A stretch of DNA of 64,000 nucleotides from an uncultured Parachlamydiaceae bacterium (GTDB lineage Bacteria > Chlamydiota > Chlamydiia > Chlamydiales > Parachlamydiaceae), in assembly GCA_963752155.1 (NCBI GenBank), contig CAVVXH010000002.1:32001-96000 (forward strand), written 5' to 3'. Shown in pieces: positions 19,430 through 29,119 of the stretch. Under the pieces are notes generated by a model. It was given only the letters and a program-made list of their open reading frames with translations, did no database searches and had not been told where the DNA came from. The position numbers were made by a program, and so were the translations under genes. Each line of letters begins with the position of its first letter. Position 1 is the stretch's first letter.

Positions 19430-20412
19430 TACAATTTGCTTGGCCTTACATATTTTTACTTAGTTTAGCTCCATGGGTCATTTATAGATTTTTGCCCCCA
19501 ATTCAATCAAATGAGAATGCGGCTTTGCGTGTGCCTGCAATGAAGGACTTCTCAATTATTCAATTTTCATCGCAAAATTCCTCCTCCATTTTGAAAAAAG
19601 GCTTTATTTTTCTCATCTGGCTAGCCTTGCTTATTTCAGCAGCCCGTCCGCAATGGGTGGGAAAGATCATCGAAATCCCTCAAAGTGGCCGAGACTTAAT
19701 GTTGGCTGTGGATTTATCAGGAAGTATGCAAATCAAAGATTTCAAAATCAAAGGGAAATTGACCGATCGTTTAACAGCCGTCAAAGTGATTGCAAGTGAT
19801 TTTATCGACAGACGCATTGGTGATCGGATAGGACTCATTTTATTTGGATCTCAGGCCTATCTACAAACGCCTTTAACCTTTGATCGATCAACTGTAAAGC
19901 AGTTGCTCATGGAAACTGCGGTGGGTCTAGCCGGCACTGAAACCGCTATGGGAGATGCTATTGGATTAGCCACTAAACAACTGCGTAGTACTCCACAGGA
20001 AAGCCGAGTGTTGATTTTAATTACAGATGGTAATAGTAATGCTGGAGAATTGACCCCTGCAAAGGCGGCAGAACTGGCTGAACATGAAAATTTAAAAATT
20101 CATACGATTGCTATTGGCGGGATGGAACAGCACATTCAAACACCGATGGGACAAATGTTGGTTCCCTCTGCAGAAATCGACGAAAAAACCTTGAAGCTCG
20201 TGGCAGAAAAAACAGGTGGAAATTATTTTCGCGCTTATAACACAGATGAGCTAGTCAAGATTTACCACCATATCGATCAGTTAGAAAAACGAGAGGAGGC
20301 AAATCAATACTATAGGCCTACCGAGGAGATGTATCAATGGCCTTTAATCGCTGCCCTCATCGGTTTAGGAGGATTGATGTTTTATGAATGGGTTCTTAGG
20401 AGGCAACGATGA
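19426..20412 (+). CDS. batA: VWA-domain protein, BatA-like
   Basis: AARPQW, MIDAS DLSGSM, DRIGLILFG, TAMGDAIG, LITDG; GTG start overlaps the previous stop. Confidence 0.85.
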   Translation: MIQFAWPYIFLLSLAPWVIYRFLPPIQSNENAALRVPAMKDFSIIQFSSQNSSSILKKGFIFLIWLALLISAARPQWVGKIIEIPQSGRDLMLAVDLSGSMQIKDFKIKGKLTDRLTAVKVIASDFIDRRIGDRIGLILFGSQAYLQTPLTFDRSTVKQLLMETAVGLAGTETAMGDAIGLATKQLRSTPQESRVLILITDGNSNAGELTPAKAAELAEHENLKIHTIAIGGMEQHIQTPMGQMLVPSAEIDEKTLKLVAEKTGGNYFRAYNTDELVKIYHHIDQLEKREEANQYYRPTEEMYQWPLIAALIGLGGLMFYEWVLRRQR

Positions 20413-22259
20413 ACGATTTTCATTTTTTACGCCCTACTCTATTTTGGCTGATCATTCCTTTTTTAGGACTCTTGTTTTTGTTAATCCGTTGCAACCGCGA
20501 TGGGAGCGTCTGGAACAAAGTTTGTTCTAAAGATTTACTTCCTTACATTCTTGTAAGAAAAGCAAAAAGTCATTTTCTTTCTTACTTCTTGATTTTAGTA
20601 ACACTTATTTTGTTGATGATTGCTTTAGCTGGCCCGACATGGCAAACGATCCCTCAAAAGCTCTTTAAATCAAAATCAGGCCTTGTGATTGCTTTGGATT
20701 TGTCTCCTTCCATGGATGCCGGAGACATTAAACCGTCACGCCTTAAAAGGGCGCTTTACAAAATCAATGACCTCCTCAATATACGTAAAGAAGGTCAGAC
20801 AGCATTGCTCGTCTTTTCTGACAACCCCTTTGTTGTGACCCCGTTGACAGATGATTTGGGAACCATCAAAGCCTTGCTTCCATCCTTAGACACAACGATC
20901 ATGCCCTCGGCAGGTCATCGTGTAAGTAAAGCCATTTCAAAAGCCTACGATTTACTTATTCAGGCTGGATTGTCGGACGGAACCATTTTGCTTATCACTT
21001 CAGAGTTGTCATCAGAAGAACTCAACAAATCGATGGAGTTTGCAACTCAACATGGTGTGAAAATTGCAGTTTTAGGTGTGGGTACAGAAGAAAGTGTTCC
21101 CATTCCAAAACCAAATGGAGGGTTTGTTACTGATTCCAAGGGCGCTTTGGTCATAACAACGTTAGCAAATGAAAACTTATCTCGTCTGGCAAAATCAGCT
21201 CATGGCAAATATGTAAAAATCAGTGTAGATGATAGCGATCTCAACACATTAAATAATCTCTTCACAGGAGGGCATCAACCCGATTCCCAGGACGAGATCC
21301 AAAATGCACAGGCAAAATGGCATGATCAAGGCTATTTATTCGTTCTTTTAGCACTGCCATTTGTTGCACTGCTCTTTCGTCGTGGAGTCGCGGGAGTCAT
21401 ATTGTTATTTATCCCACAACTCTTACAGGCTTCTACTTCTACTTCTAGTTCTTTATGGAAAACCCCTGATCAAGAAGCCGAACAATGTTTTCATCAGGAA
21501 AATTATCAACAAGCTAAAGAATTGTTTCAAGATCCTGACTGGTTGGGTGCAGCGCATTATCGTCTGCAAGATTATGAGGCAGCAGCCAATTTGTTCGAAA
21601 AGAATGGAACTACAGAGGGATTATTTAACTATGCTACTGCTAAAGCTAAATTAGGCGATTTCAAAAAGGCTCTTGAGATATATGAAGAGGTCCTAAAAAA
21701 ACAACCAGGCCATGAAGATGCTTTGTATAATAAAAACCTCATCGAAGAGTTCTTAAAACAACAACAGCAAGATCAACAAAATCAATCGCAAGATCAGGAC
21801 CAAAAGGAAAATCAATCCAATAAAAATAATCAGCAAGATTCAGGTTCTGAAGAAAAAGATCATTCTGAATCTAATTCTAAAGATTCTCAACAAAATAAAG
21901 ATCAAGATTCTCAGGATTCTAAACAACAGGATTCTCAAGACTCCTCTGACGAAAAACAAAAAAATAATGGTAAAGATCAAGATGTAAAAGAAAGTTCATC
22001 AGATACAAAGGATTTGCAAGAGCAATATCGCGATCAGATGAACGAAAAAATGCAACAACAAGATCAACAACCCTCTGACAAGGAAAATGGCAAAGACAAA
22101 TCAGAGCGAGAGGAGATGACTCCAGAAGAACAACAACGACAGATGGATGATCGATGGCTACAACGGATTCCGGATGATCCAGGTGGATTGCTACGACGTA
22201 AATTTCTTTACCAGTATAAAAATCAAATTCAAGAAAAAAATTCAGGCACTGTCAGATAA
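20409..22259 (+). CDS. VWA-TPR fusion (BatB/BatC-like) with Q/D/S/K-rich linker
   Basis: FHFLRP, ALAGPTW, DLSPSM, TPR segment, low-complexity linker, C-terminal WLQRIPDDPGGLLRRKF. Confidence 0.88.
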   Translation: MNDFHFLRPTLFWLIIPFLGLLFLLIRCNRDGSVWNKVCSKDLLPYILVRKAKSHFLSYFLILVTLILLMIALAGPTWQTIPQKLFKSKSGLVIALDLSPSMDAGDIKPSRLKRALYKINDLLNIRKEGQTALLVFSDNPFVVTPLTDDLGTIKALLPSLDTTIMPSAGHRVSKAISKAYDLLIQAGLSDGTILLITSELSSEELNKSMEFATQHGVKIAVLGVGTEESVPIPKPNGGFVTDSKGALVITTLANENLSRLAKSAHGKYVKISVDDSDLNTLNNLFTGGHQPDSQDEIQNAQAKWHDQGYLFVLLALPFVALLFRRGVAGVILLFIPQLLQASTSTSSSLWKTPDQEAEQCFHQENYQQAKELFQDPDWLGAAHYRLQDYEAAANLFEKNGTTEGLFNYATAKAKLGDFKKALEIYEEVLKKQPGHEDALYNKNLIEEFLKQQQQDQQNQSQDQDQKENQSNKNNQQDSGSEEKDHSESNSKDSQQNKDQDSQDSKQQDSQDSSDEKQKNNGKDQDVKESSSDTKDLQEQYRDQMNEKMQQQDQQPSDKENGKDKSEREEMTPEEQQRQMDDRWLQRIPDDPGGLLRRKFLYQYKNQIQEKNSGTVR

Positions 22260-22274
22260 CGTAAGGTATAAACT

Positions 22275-23897
22275 ATGAGAAAACAAATTTGCATTTACTT
22301 TTTGAGTGCATGGTGCAGTTTATTTCAGTTATGTGCAGAGATTACGCTCACGCTTGATAGGACGACTATAGGCTTTGATGAGGCTATCACAGCTAATTTT
22401 TCGTCGAATAGTTCCTTTAAAGGCCAGCCAGACTTTAAACCTCTGACAACTGATTTTGAAATTATATCAACCTCTCAAAATTATATGACTTCATCTATTA
22501 ACGGTAAAACGACCCTTGAGACATGTTATCAGCTTATCCTTAGACCAAAGCATGTTGGACACTTAATCATTCCTCCTATTTGGTTTGGAAATGAGCAATC
22601 TCCTCATAAAACGATCGAAGTCACAAATATGACTACAGCTAAACCTGATAACACACTTTTCCTTGAAACAAAGATAACCACTTCTCAACCTACCTATCCG
22701 CAAACTCAGATCATCTATACTGTTCGATTATTCCGAGCAGTCAATTTAGCTCAAGCAGGCCTCTCAGAGGTTAAAGTGAATGATTCAGACGCTATCATTG
22801 AAAAGTTAGGCAAAGATGCTGAATATGAATACATTCATCCAAATGGAATTAGATATATCGTTCTTGAACGTAGGTATGGGGTTTTTCCTCAACGTGAAGG
22901 AGAGCTGATTTTTTCACCTATAGTCTTTGAAGGGCAGGTGATTAAGGGGGGAAATTCCTTTTTTAACATGCATGCAGAATTCAAGCGTGTGACTTCGAAT
23001 ATTGAAAAAGTCACTGTTGCAGCCATTCCAGCACCGTTTCAAAAAAATGACTGGTTTGCGGCCAAAGATCTCAATTTAATTGAAGAGTGGTCTGCGAATC
23101 CGGAAAAAATAAATGTGGGAGAACCCATTACTTGGACCTTGACACTCACAGCTGAGGGATGTTTGGGCTCTCAAATTCCTGATATAACTTACAATTTGCC
23201 TTCAGGCGTAAAACAGTATATTGATAAACCTGAAGTTAGTAATAGCTCGGCTGCTAAAGGGTTTATCGGTCTTCGAAAAATTAAAACAGCATTGATTGCC
23301 ACCAAACCAGGGGAACTTATTCTACCGGAACTAACGGTCAAATGGTGGGATCTCAATACGAATCAATTGAGATATACCCACCTGCCAAGCAGGACAATTC
23401 AAGTTCAAGAGGGGGCTGTGGCTATGGAAACCCCATCCCTCGTTCAAGTTCCAAAACAAATTGAGATCGATACAGAGAAAGAGCCTGAAGCAAATACAGC
23501 AAAAAATGAAATTTCTACAGTTTTGCCTGGATGGGCATGGGGTTTAATTGGATTAAACAGTATTTGGATGATCCTCTTGTTCAAAAAAATCTATGAAAAA
23601 TTTTCGAGAAAATTCTGTAAAGATGAAAAAGATACCTTTTCAAAGAGGCAGGTAAAATCGCTTTTAAAGCAAGCTTGCCAGGAAAACAATGCTAAGCAGG
23701 CAGAGATTTACCTCCTCTCATGGACAAAACATCTATTTCCGGAGAATAACGTGACAAACCTCGCGCAAATCATCCATTACTTTCCTTCCCCAATGGATGG
23801 AGCTATCAATGAACTTAATCGAGCTTTGTATGGTCAAATGGATGCATCTTGGGAAGGCAAATCGTTATGGAATGCGTTAACAAGATGCAAACTGTAG
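22275..23897 (+). CDS. batD: BatD-family protein
   Basis: Signal peptide, beta-sandwich repeats (ERRYGVFPQREG; VKWWDLNT), C-terminal TM helix; last gene of the MoxR-Bat operon. Confidence 0.82.
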   Translation: MRKQICIYFLSAWCSLFQLCAEITLTLDRTTIGFDEAITANFSSNSSFKGQPDFKPLTTDFEIISTSQNYMTSSINGKTTLETCYQLILRPKHVGHLIIPPIWFGNEQSPHKTIEVTNMTTAKPDNTLFLETKITTSQPTYPQTQIIYTVRLFRAVNLAQAGLSEVKVNDSDAIIEKLGKDAEYEYIHPNGIRYIVLERRYGVFPQREGELIFSPIVFEGQVIKGGNSFFNMHAEFKRVTSNIEKVTVAAIPAPFQKNDWFAAKDLNLIEEWSANPEKINVGEPITWTLTLTAEGCLGSQIPDITYNLPSGVKQYIDKPEVSNSSAAKGFIGLRKIKTALIATKPGELILPELTVKWWDLNTNQLRYTHLPSRTIQVQEGAVAMETPSLVQVPKQIEIDTEKEPEANTAKNEISTVLPGWAWGLIGLNSIWMILLFKKIYEKFSRKFCKDEKDTFSKRQVKSLLKQACQENNAKQAEIYLLSWTKHLFPENNVTNLAQIIHYFPSPMDGAINELNRALYGQMDASWEGKSLWNALTRCKL

Positions 23898-23898
23898 C

Positions 23899-23917
23899 GC
23901 CCCATCTGGGGGCTTTT
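23899..23917 (+). terminator. Possible intrinsic terminator
   Basis: GCCCC-ATCTG-GGGGC hairpin followed by TTTT, right after the batD stop. Confidence 0.4.
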
Positions 23918-23953
23918 GAGTAAATCTACCAAATATAAAAATTAAACTTAAAA

Positions 23954-24316
23954 TTAATTAGGAATGACCTTAAAGTCTTTTGGTGAAGTAAGATATAAAA
24001 AACGATTTTTCTTTTCAGGCGTCCCTTGAATGGATATGCTGCATTCATCTCTATGAGCATCGCATGCCCGACGATATTGTTCAATTGTTAAAGGAATTCT
24101 AATAGAAGTAAATTTTCCTTTTTCATTTTCCCAGTTTACAATTATTAGTCTTGAATCTTCTTTTATTCCATTTTCTGATTCTTCTAAATCGTCTTCAGTC
24201 AATGAGCTATCCGCTTGTAATTGAATAATTCGACCTTGAATAACAATTTCTTCAGATTCTGAACAAGTTCTAAGTGTCTTAAATGACTGTTCAGTATGAC
24301 AGCGCTTTGAGCGCAA
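23954..24316 (-). CDS. Hypothetical protein, probably a C-terminal remnant
   Basis: 120-aa ORF with a weak TTG start and no clear RBS; the C-terminal part reads as a real protein. Confidence 0.4.
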   Translation of the reverse strand: MRSKRCHTEQSFKTLRTCSESEEIVIQGRIIQLQADSSLTEDDLEESENGIKEDSRLIIVNWENEKGKFTSIRIPLTIEQYRRACDAHRDECSISIQGTPEKKNRFLYLTSPKDFKVIPN

Positions 24317-24500
24317 CTGAGTATTTGGATTTTATCATACCCATAAGGTTTTTATGTCAAAGAACCATTAAGCCTGTCAGATCATAAGCCAACTCATTCA
24401 ATAGCAGAAGCCCCGCATACGTGATGTGCAAGATGTTATTTTTAAATATTCAAATGTGCACTTTGACGTCAATCAGAGTAGCACTTTTTATATATTATTT

Positions 24501-25049
24501 TTATTTTTTTAATGAAAGAGGTATGTTATGACTATTAACCAGTTGTTTCGCAATTAAATTAAAGATCTCAGGCAAAAAAACTTCCATGGAGCAATTTTTA
24601 TCTAGTTTTGCTAAATGCAAATGCTTGAATCCGGAAAGCATGTCAAACCATTCTTTAATTTGTGATGCTTTTAGGGAAGGGCCATCTCCGATAGGATGGT
24701 AACCTTTTCCAAAATATTTACATTTTGCTAACCGTGCCAAATGTGCAAAAGCTTGATTTTCAACCTGAACTTGAGCTGCTTTAGTTCCCAAAAGATTGGA
24801 TATTTCTTCACTTTTAATTAGTTGAATTTTATAGTTTCCTAATTGTTGTAACGATAGATTCATCATCCTTGGACAGTAATAGGATAATTTTCCTTCAAAA
24901 TCCATAAGATTACAGCAACAAGGATCAAATGCAGCATCCAAGCGACTAATGACTTTATGGGGTCCTTTCTTATCTTCAGATAATGTATTGGTTTCAAAAA
25001 GAATCCATTGACCAGGAACTAAACTTTCGGGTCCTATATAAGCTGACAT
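24501..25049 (-). CDS. Hypothetical protein, tandem paralogue A
   Basis: AGGAG RBS; shares GQWIxFETNxLxEDKKGPxKVI and a ~50-aa C-terminal block with the neighbour. Confidence 0.75.
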   Translation of the reverse strand: MSAYIGPESLVPGQWILFETNTLSEDKKGPHKVISRLDAAFDPCCCNLMDFEGKLSYYCPRMMNLSLQQLGNYKIQLIKSEEISNLLGTKAAQVQVENQAFAHLARLAKCKYFGKGYHPIGDGPSLKASQIKEWFDMLSGFKHLHLAKLDKNCSMEVFLPEIFNLIAKQLVNSHNIPLSLKK

Positions 25050-25105
25050 AAACTCTCCTTTAAATACGACTATTTTTGTCTGATTTTTTAATTCCTATAT
25101 TACCT

Positions 25106-25636
25106 TTATTTTTTTACTGAAAAGGGTATACTATGATTATTAACCAGTTGTTTTGCAATTAAATTAAAGATCTCAGAAAAAAAGAAATACATAGAGCAAT
25201 TTTTATCTTGTTTTGCTAAATACAACTGCTTGAATCCGGAAAGCAGGTCAAACCACTCTTTAATTTCTAATTCATCTAAGACTTTGTTAGGGTCAATCGG
25301 ATGAAAACACAATCCAAAATCGCTTTTGCGTGCTATCCTTTCTAAGTGAGTAAGAGCGAAATCATTTACAATCTTATTTTTATCTCCTAAAGAGACTAGT
25401 ATTTCTTCTTTAGTAAATAATATCATCTTATATTCTTCCTTCAAAGAGTCACCATCTACAGTTCGAGATGTAAAATCATAAGAGATTAATTTTCCTTCGA
25501 CATTCATAAGAGTGTAGATGTAAGTATAGAGAGGTTTGATAATAACTTTATAGGGTCCTTTCTTATCTTCAGTTAATTGATTAGTTTCAAATGCAATCCA
25601 TTGGCCTGGACATAAGCTATTTGGTGGTATATACAT
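25106..25636 (-). CDS. Hypothetical protein, tandem paralogue B
   Basis: Start at 25636 (MYIPPNSL) aligns with paralogue A; AAGGA upstream. Confidence 0.72.
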   Translation of the reverse strand: MYIPPNSLCPGQWIAFETNQLTEDKKGPYKVIIKPLYTYIYTLMNVEGKLISYDFTSRTVDGDSLKEEYKMILFTKEEILVSLGDKNKIVNDFALTHLERIARKSDFGLCFHPIDPNKVLDELEIKEWFDLLSGFKQLYLAKQDKNCSMYFFFSEIFNLIAKQLVNNHSIPFSVKK

Positions 25637-25809
25637 GAATATAAATCCTTGTTTGTAACTTAATTCAAAGCATTTATAGCATAAATTGACTTTTCTAGTC
25701 AATGTTTTAAAATTCGATGGTTTAAAATTCGACCTTGAAATACTAAGAAAAATTAAACGCAAAGCTAGACAGTTGCCTGCAGCGCCCCTTATCGGGGAAT
25801 AACAAATTT

Positions 25810-26487
25810 TTAAAGCGCCTTGGCTAGAGCACGAGCTATCACCAAATCCTCAGGTGTCGTAATCTTCAAATTACGATGACAGCCTTCAACTAACTGAACC
25901 GGTAAACCCATCTGTTCAATCAATGAGGCATCATCTGTGACTGTCAAATGATGCCGATTGGCATACTCAAAGCCCTCTTGTAACAATGAATAACGTACAA
26001 TTTGTGGAGTTTGAATTTCCCAAAGAGAAGAACGATCAGGTGTACAAACCACTTGTTTGTGCACATTACTTTCTTTAATTGTAAATTTCACCGGCAAAGC
26101 CGCTACAGCAGCACCATGTTCTTCAGCTGCGAATGCTACTCGCTGCACTAAGGGGGCGGTGATGAACGGACGCGCCGCATCGTGTACACAAACTAAGATC
26201 GGATTAAGTAACAACTCTTGCAATCCATTATATACCGAATCCTGACGCCTCCTTCCCGGCATAGCAAAGCTAAGCTTCGCAGTACACTTATCAATAAAAA
26301 ATAAATGGCGATATTCAGGAGAACACACAATCACTATTTCAATGATCTCGGGCATAGAAATAAACACATCCAAACTATGCTGAACAATAGGTTTATCTTG
26401 TAAAGACAAAAATTGCTTTGGCACAGGAGTGCCCATACGAGAGCCAATACCGCCAGCTAATAAGACAGCCCCTATTTTTAGTGACAT
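25810..26487 (-). CDS. ispD: 2-C-methyl-D-erythritol 4-phosphate cytidylyltransferase
   Basis: LLAGGIGSRMG..PKQF, RQDSVYNG, VHDAARP, QTPQ, TDD, NLKITTPEDL. Confidence 0.96.
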   Translation of the reverse strand: MSLKIGAVLLAGGIGSRMGTPVPKQFLSLQDKPIVQHSLDVFISMPEIIEIVIVCSPEYRHLFFIDKCTAKLSFAMPGRRRQDSVYNGLQELLLNPILVCVHDAARPFITAPLVQRVAFAAEEHGAAVAALPVKFTIKESNVHKQVVCTPDRSSLWEIQTPQIVRYSLLQEGFEYANRHHLTVTDDASLIEQMGLPVQLVEGCHRNLKITTPEDLVIARALAKAL

Positions 26488-26499
26488 TTTCCCTCAGCT

Positions 26500-29115
26500 C
26501 TATGAAAGGTGCTTGCTAAGCACTCCTGCCAATTTAAACATATCTAAGGGCTCAGAATTGCCAAATATTTTAGCGAGCTTTTCGTCCGGAACGATCAGTC
26601 GTCGATTTTTAGGATCTTGCAGGTTATGTTCTTTAATATAGACCCACAACTCTTTTGTGACTTCACTGCGGGAAAGCTCGGGTTTACCCACAACAGCCGC
26701 TAATTCTGGGGAAAGTTTTTGCGCAGGCATATTCGAAGTTTTACGTGCCTTTGCAGGTTTTTTATCAGCACTTACTTTTGTGCTGCTTTTGGTGGATTTC
26801 TTTGCCCCACTCTTTTCCTCAGTCTTAGTACTAGTTTTCTTTGACGCTGTTCCTTTCCCTTTCCCTTTTGGTTTTCCAACATAGGCTGTACGTGGATGAT
26901 CGATATATTTAGTTTCAAGCTGTTCTAAAGAATTTACTATGACGTCACATTCCGGAAAAGTTGAACAGGAATAAAATGTTTTGCCAAAACGAGACTTACG
27001 GGCAGTGATCTTTCCTGGACATCCCACAGCGGGACAATCCGGCATGTCTTCATTCGAGATGATGGTTTCTCCCTTTTTAGGGATATTGACCAACGTTTTA
27101 CACTCTGGATAACCTGTACATCCCAAGAAGGGGCCAAAACGACCATGCCGCAATTTCATTTCCTTGCCGCACTTAGGACATTTTTGATCCCAATCAAAAT
27201 CTTCAGCATAGTCTTCTTTATTAAAAGAGACTTCTTCGATAGGGGCGGAAAAAGAGCAATCGGGATATCTTGAGCATCCATAGAAATATTTATTTTTGAA
27301 CCAAATTTTTTGCAATTTGGCTCCGCATGTCGGGCAATCAATATCAGTTTGTATCTTTGGAACAAAAGCTCCTTTTTCAGCTAAATCCAAAGTAGGGCTA
27401 AACTGCTCCCAGAATTCACGTAAAAGGAGTTTCCAATCTTTGCCCCCTTCAGCAACTAATTCCAGACTATCTTCCATTTGAGCTGTAAAACCAATGTTCA
27501 TGATCTGTTGAAAATTAGCTTCTAATAATTCTGCAATGACTCGACCAAGTTCGGTGGGCTTCAGTCGACCACTTTCTTTGACAGTATAGTCACGACTTTG
27601 AATCTTATTCATGATCGTTGCATATGTGGATGGACGACCAATGCCCGATCTTTCTAATTCTTTGACCAAGGAGGCTTCACTATAGCGCGGTGGAGGTCTC
27701 GTGAAGGCCTGTTCTCCAACTAATTCTTGCAAGATCAAAAGCTGATCGGCCTCTAAGGGAGGAAGGATTTTACCCTCTTCGTCGCTTTCATCATCGTCAT
27801 TTTTTTCTTGGTAAACAATTAAATAACCTTGGAATTTTATTGTCGAACCTGTGGCTCTAACGATGATGTTATCTCCCGCAGAAATATCAGCCGAAACCGT
27901 ATCATAAATAGCAGGCATCATTTGTGACGCTACAAAACGTCTCCAAATCAGTTGATAGAGCATGAATTGCTCGCGCGTCAAAAATTTTTCAATCCTTTCG
28001 GGCGGATGGAGTAATGAAGAGGGGCGTATGGCTTCGTGAGCATCTTGGGCATTTTTTTGTGTTGAGAACACTTTTGCCTGTGGAGGTAGAAAGTCGGGGC
28101 CAAAATTTTCGAGGATAAAACCACGAGCTTCTTCCAAAGCCTCAGGAGCAATCCGTACAGAGTCTGTACGCATGTAGGTGATTAACCCTTCAGGCCCTTC
28201 GTTTCCTAAATCGATTCCTTCATAGAGTTTTTGAGCTACACTCATCGTCTTAGCTGAAGAAAATCCATGGTGGCGGCTAGCTTCCTGTTGCAATGTCGAC
28301 GTAATAAACGGAGGCGGTGGATTCCGTTTTTTTTCCTTCCTATCGACACTGATGACAACATAGGGGCCAGCTTTCATTCTGGCCAAAATCTCATCTGCAG
28401 TTTCTTTGTTACCGATGATTTGGAAATCTTTTCCTTCGACAGTTTCTTTTTCTACCCGTTTTCCATCCACAGAATAGAGGGAAGCTCTGAAAGTGCGACC
28501 TTCGGCTTCTCCCTTTAGAAGAGCTGCAAGGTTCCAGTACTCTACCGGTTTAAATGCCTCAATCTCTTTTTCACGATCGACGACGAGTTTTAATGCCACC
28601 GATTGGACGCGGCCAGCTGAAACAAATCCCTCTTTTCCACGTTGAATGCGCCTATTGAGAATTGGAGAAATTTTGTATCCGACAATTCGATCTAAAAGAC
28701 GCCTTGCCTGCTGTGCATTTACTAAGGATAAATCAATTTGGCGTGGCTGTTGAATAGCCTTTAGAACAGTTTCTTTAGTAAGTGAATTAAAGGAAATACG
28801 TTTAATAGGAATTTCTGGAGGCAAAATTTGGGCGATATGCCAGGCGATTGCTTCTCCTTCACGGTCGGGATCGGGAGAAAGATACACCGTTTTGCAAAGT
28901 TTAGCTGCTTTCTTTAGTTTGTTGATCACCTCTAATTTATCGGGCATGATGACGTAGGTCGGTTCAAAATCTTGTGCAATATCAATTCCAAATTCTTTTT
29001 CCGGAAGATCTCTGACATGGCCCACGGAAGATTCAAGTAGATAGTCATTCCCCAAAAATTTTCTCAAAGTTTTGATTTTTGATGGAGACTCTACAATGAT
29101 TAATATTTTTGCCAT
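26500..29115 (-). CDS. topA: DNA topoisomerase I with C4 zinc ribbons and C-terminal SWIB domain
   Basis: IVESPSK, DPDREGE, SAGRVQS, ITYMRTD, GIGRPSTY, three Zn ribbons, SWIB LSRSEVTKELWVYIKEHNLQDP. Confidence 0.97.
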   Translation of the reverse strand: MAKILIIVESPSKIKTLRKFLGNDYLLESSVGHVRDLPEKEFGIDIAQDFEPTYVIMPDKLEVINKLKKAAKLCKTVYLSPDPDREGEAIAWHIAQILPPEIPIKRISFNSLTKETVLKAIQQPRQIDLSLVNAQQARRLLDRIVGYKISPILNRRIQRGKEGFVSAGRVQSVALKLVVDREKEIEAFKPVEYWNLAALLKGEAEGRTFRASLYSVDGKRVEKETVEGKDFQIIGNKETADEILARMKAGPYVVISVDRKEKKRNPPPPFITSTLQQEASRHHGFSSAKTMSVAQKLYEGIDLGNEGPEGLITYMRTDSVRIAPEALEEARGFILENFGPDFLPPQAKVFSTQKNAQDAHEAIRPSSLLHPPERIEKFLTREQFMLYQLIWRRFVASQMMPAIYDTVSADISAGDNIIVRATGSTIKFQGYLIVYQEKNDDDESDEEGKILPPLEADQLLILQELVGEQAFTRPPPRYSEASLVKELERSGIGRPSTYATIMNKIQSRDYTVKESGRLKPTELGRVIAELLEANFQQIMNIGFTAQMEDSLELVAEGGKDWKLLLREFWEQFSPTLDLAEKGAFVPKIQTDIDCPTCGAKLQKIWFKNKYFYGCSRYPDCSFSAPIEEVSFNKEDYAEDFDWDQKCPKCGKEMKLRHGRFGPFLGCTGYPECKTLVNIPKKGETIISNEDMPDCPAVGCPGKITARKSRFGKTFYSCSTFPECDVIVNSLEQLETKYIDHPRTAYVGKPKGKGKGTASKKTSTKTEEKSGAKKSTKSSTKVSADKKPAKARKTSNMPAQKLSPELAAVVGKPELSRSEVTKELWVYIKEHNLQDPKNRRLIVPDEKLAKIFGNSEPLDMFKLAGVLSKHLS

Positions 29116-29119
29116 GATC

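Noticed and set aside
21755..22140. CAAGAT/CAGGAT-rich repeats as a separate element
   Set aside because: They encode the usual Q/D/S-rich linker of BatB/C-type proteins.
26500..26760. TopA-SWIB fusion as a novelty
   Set aside because: It is already known in Chlamydiae; used only as a taxonomic clue.
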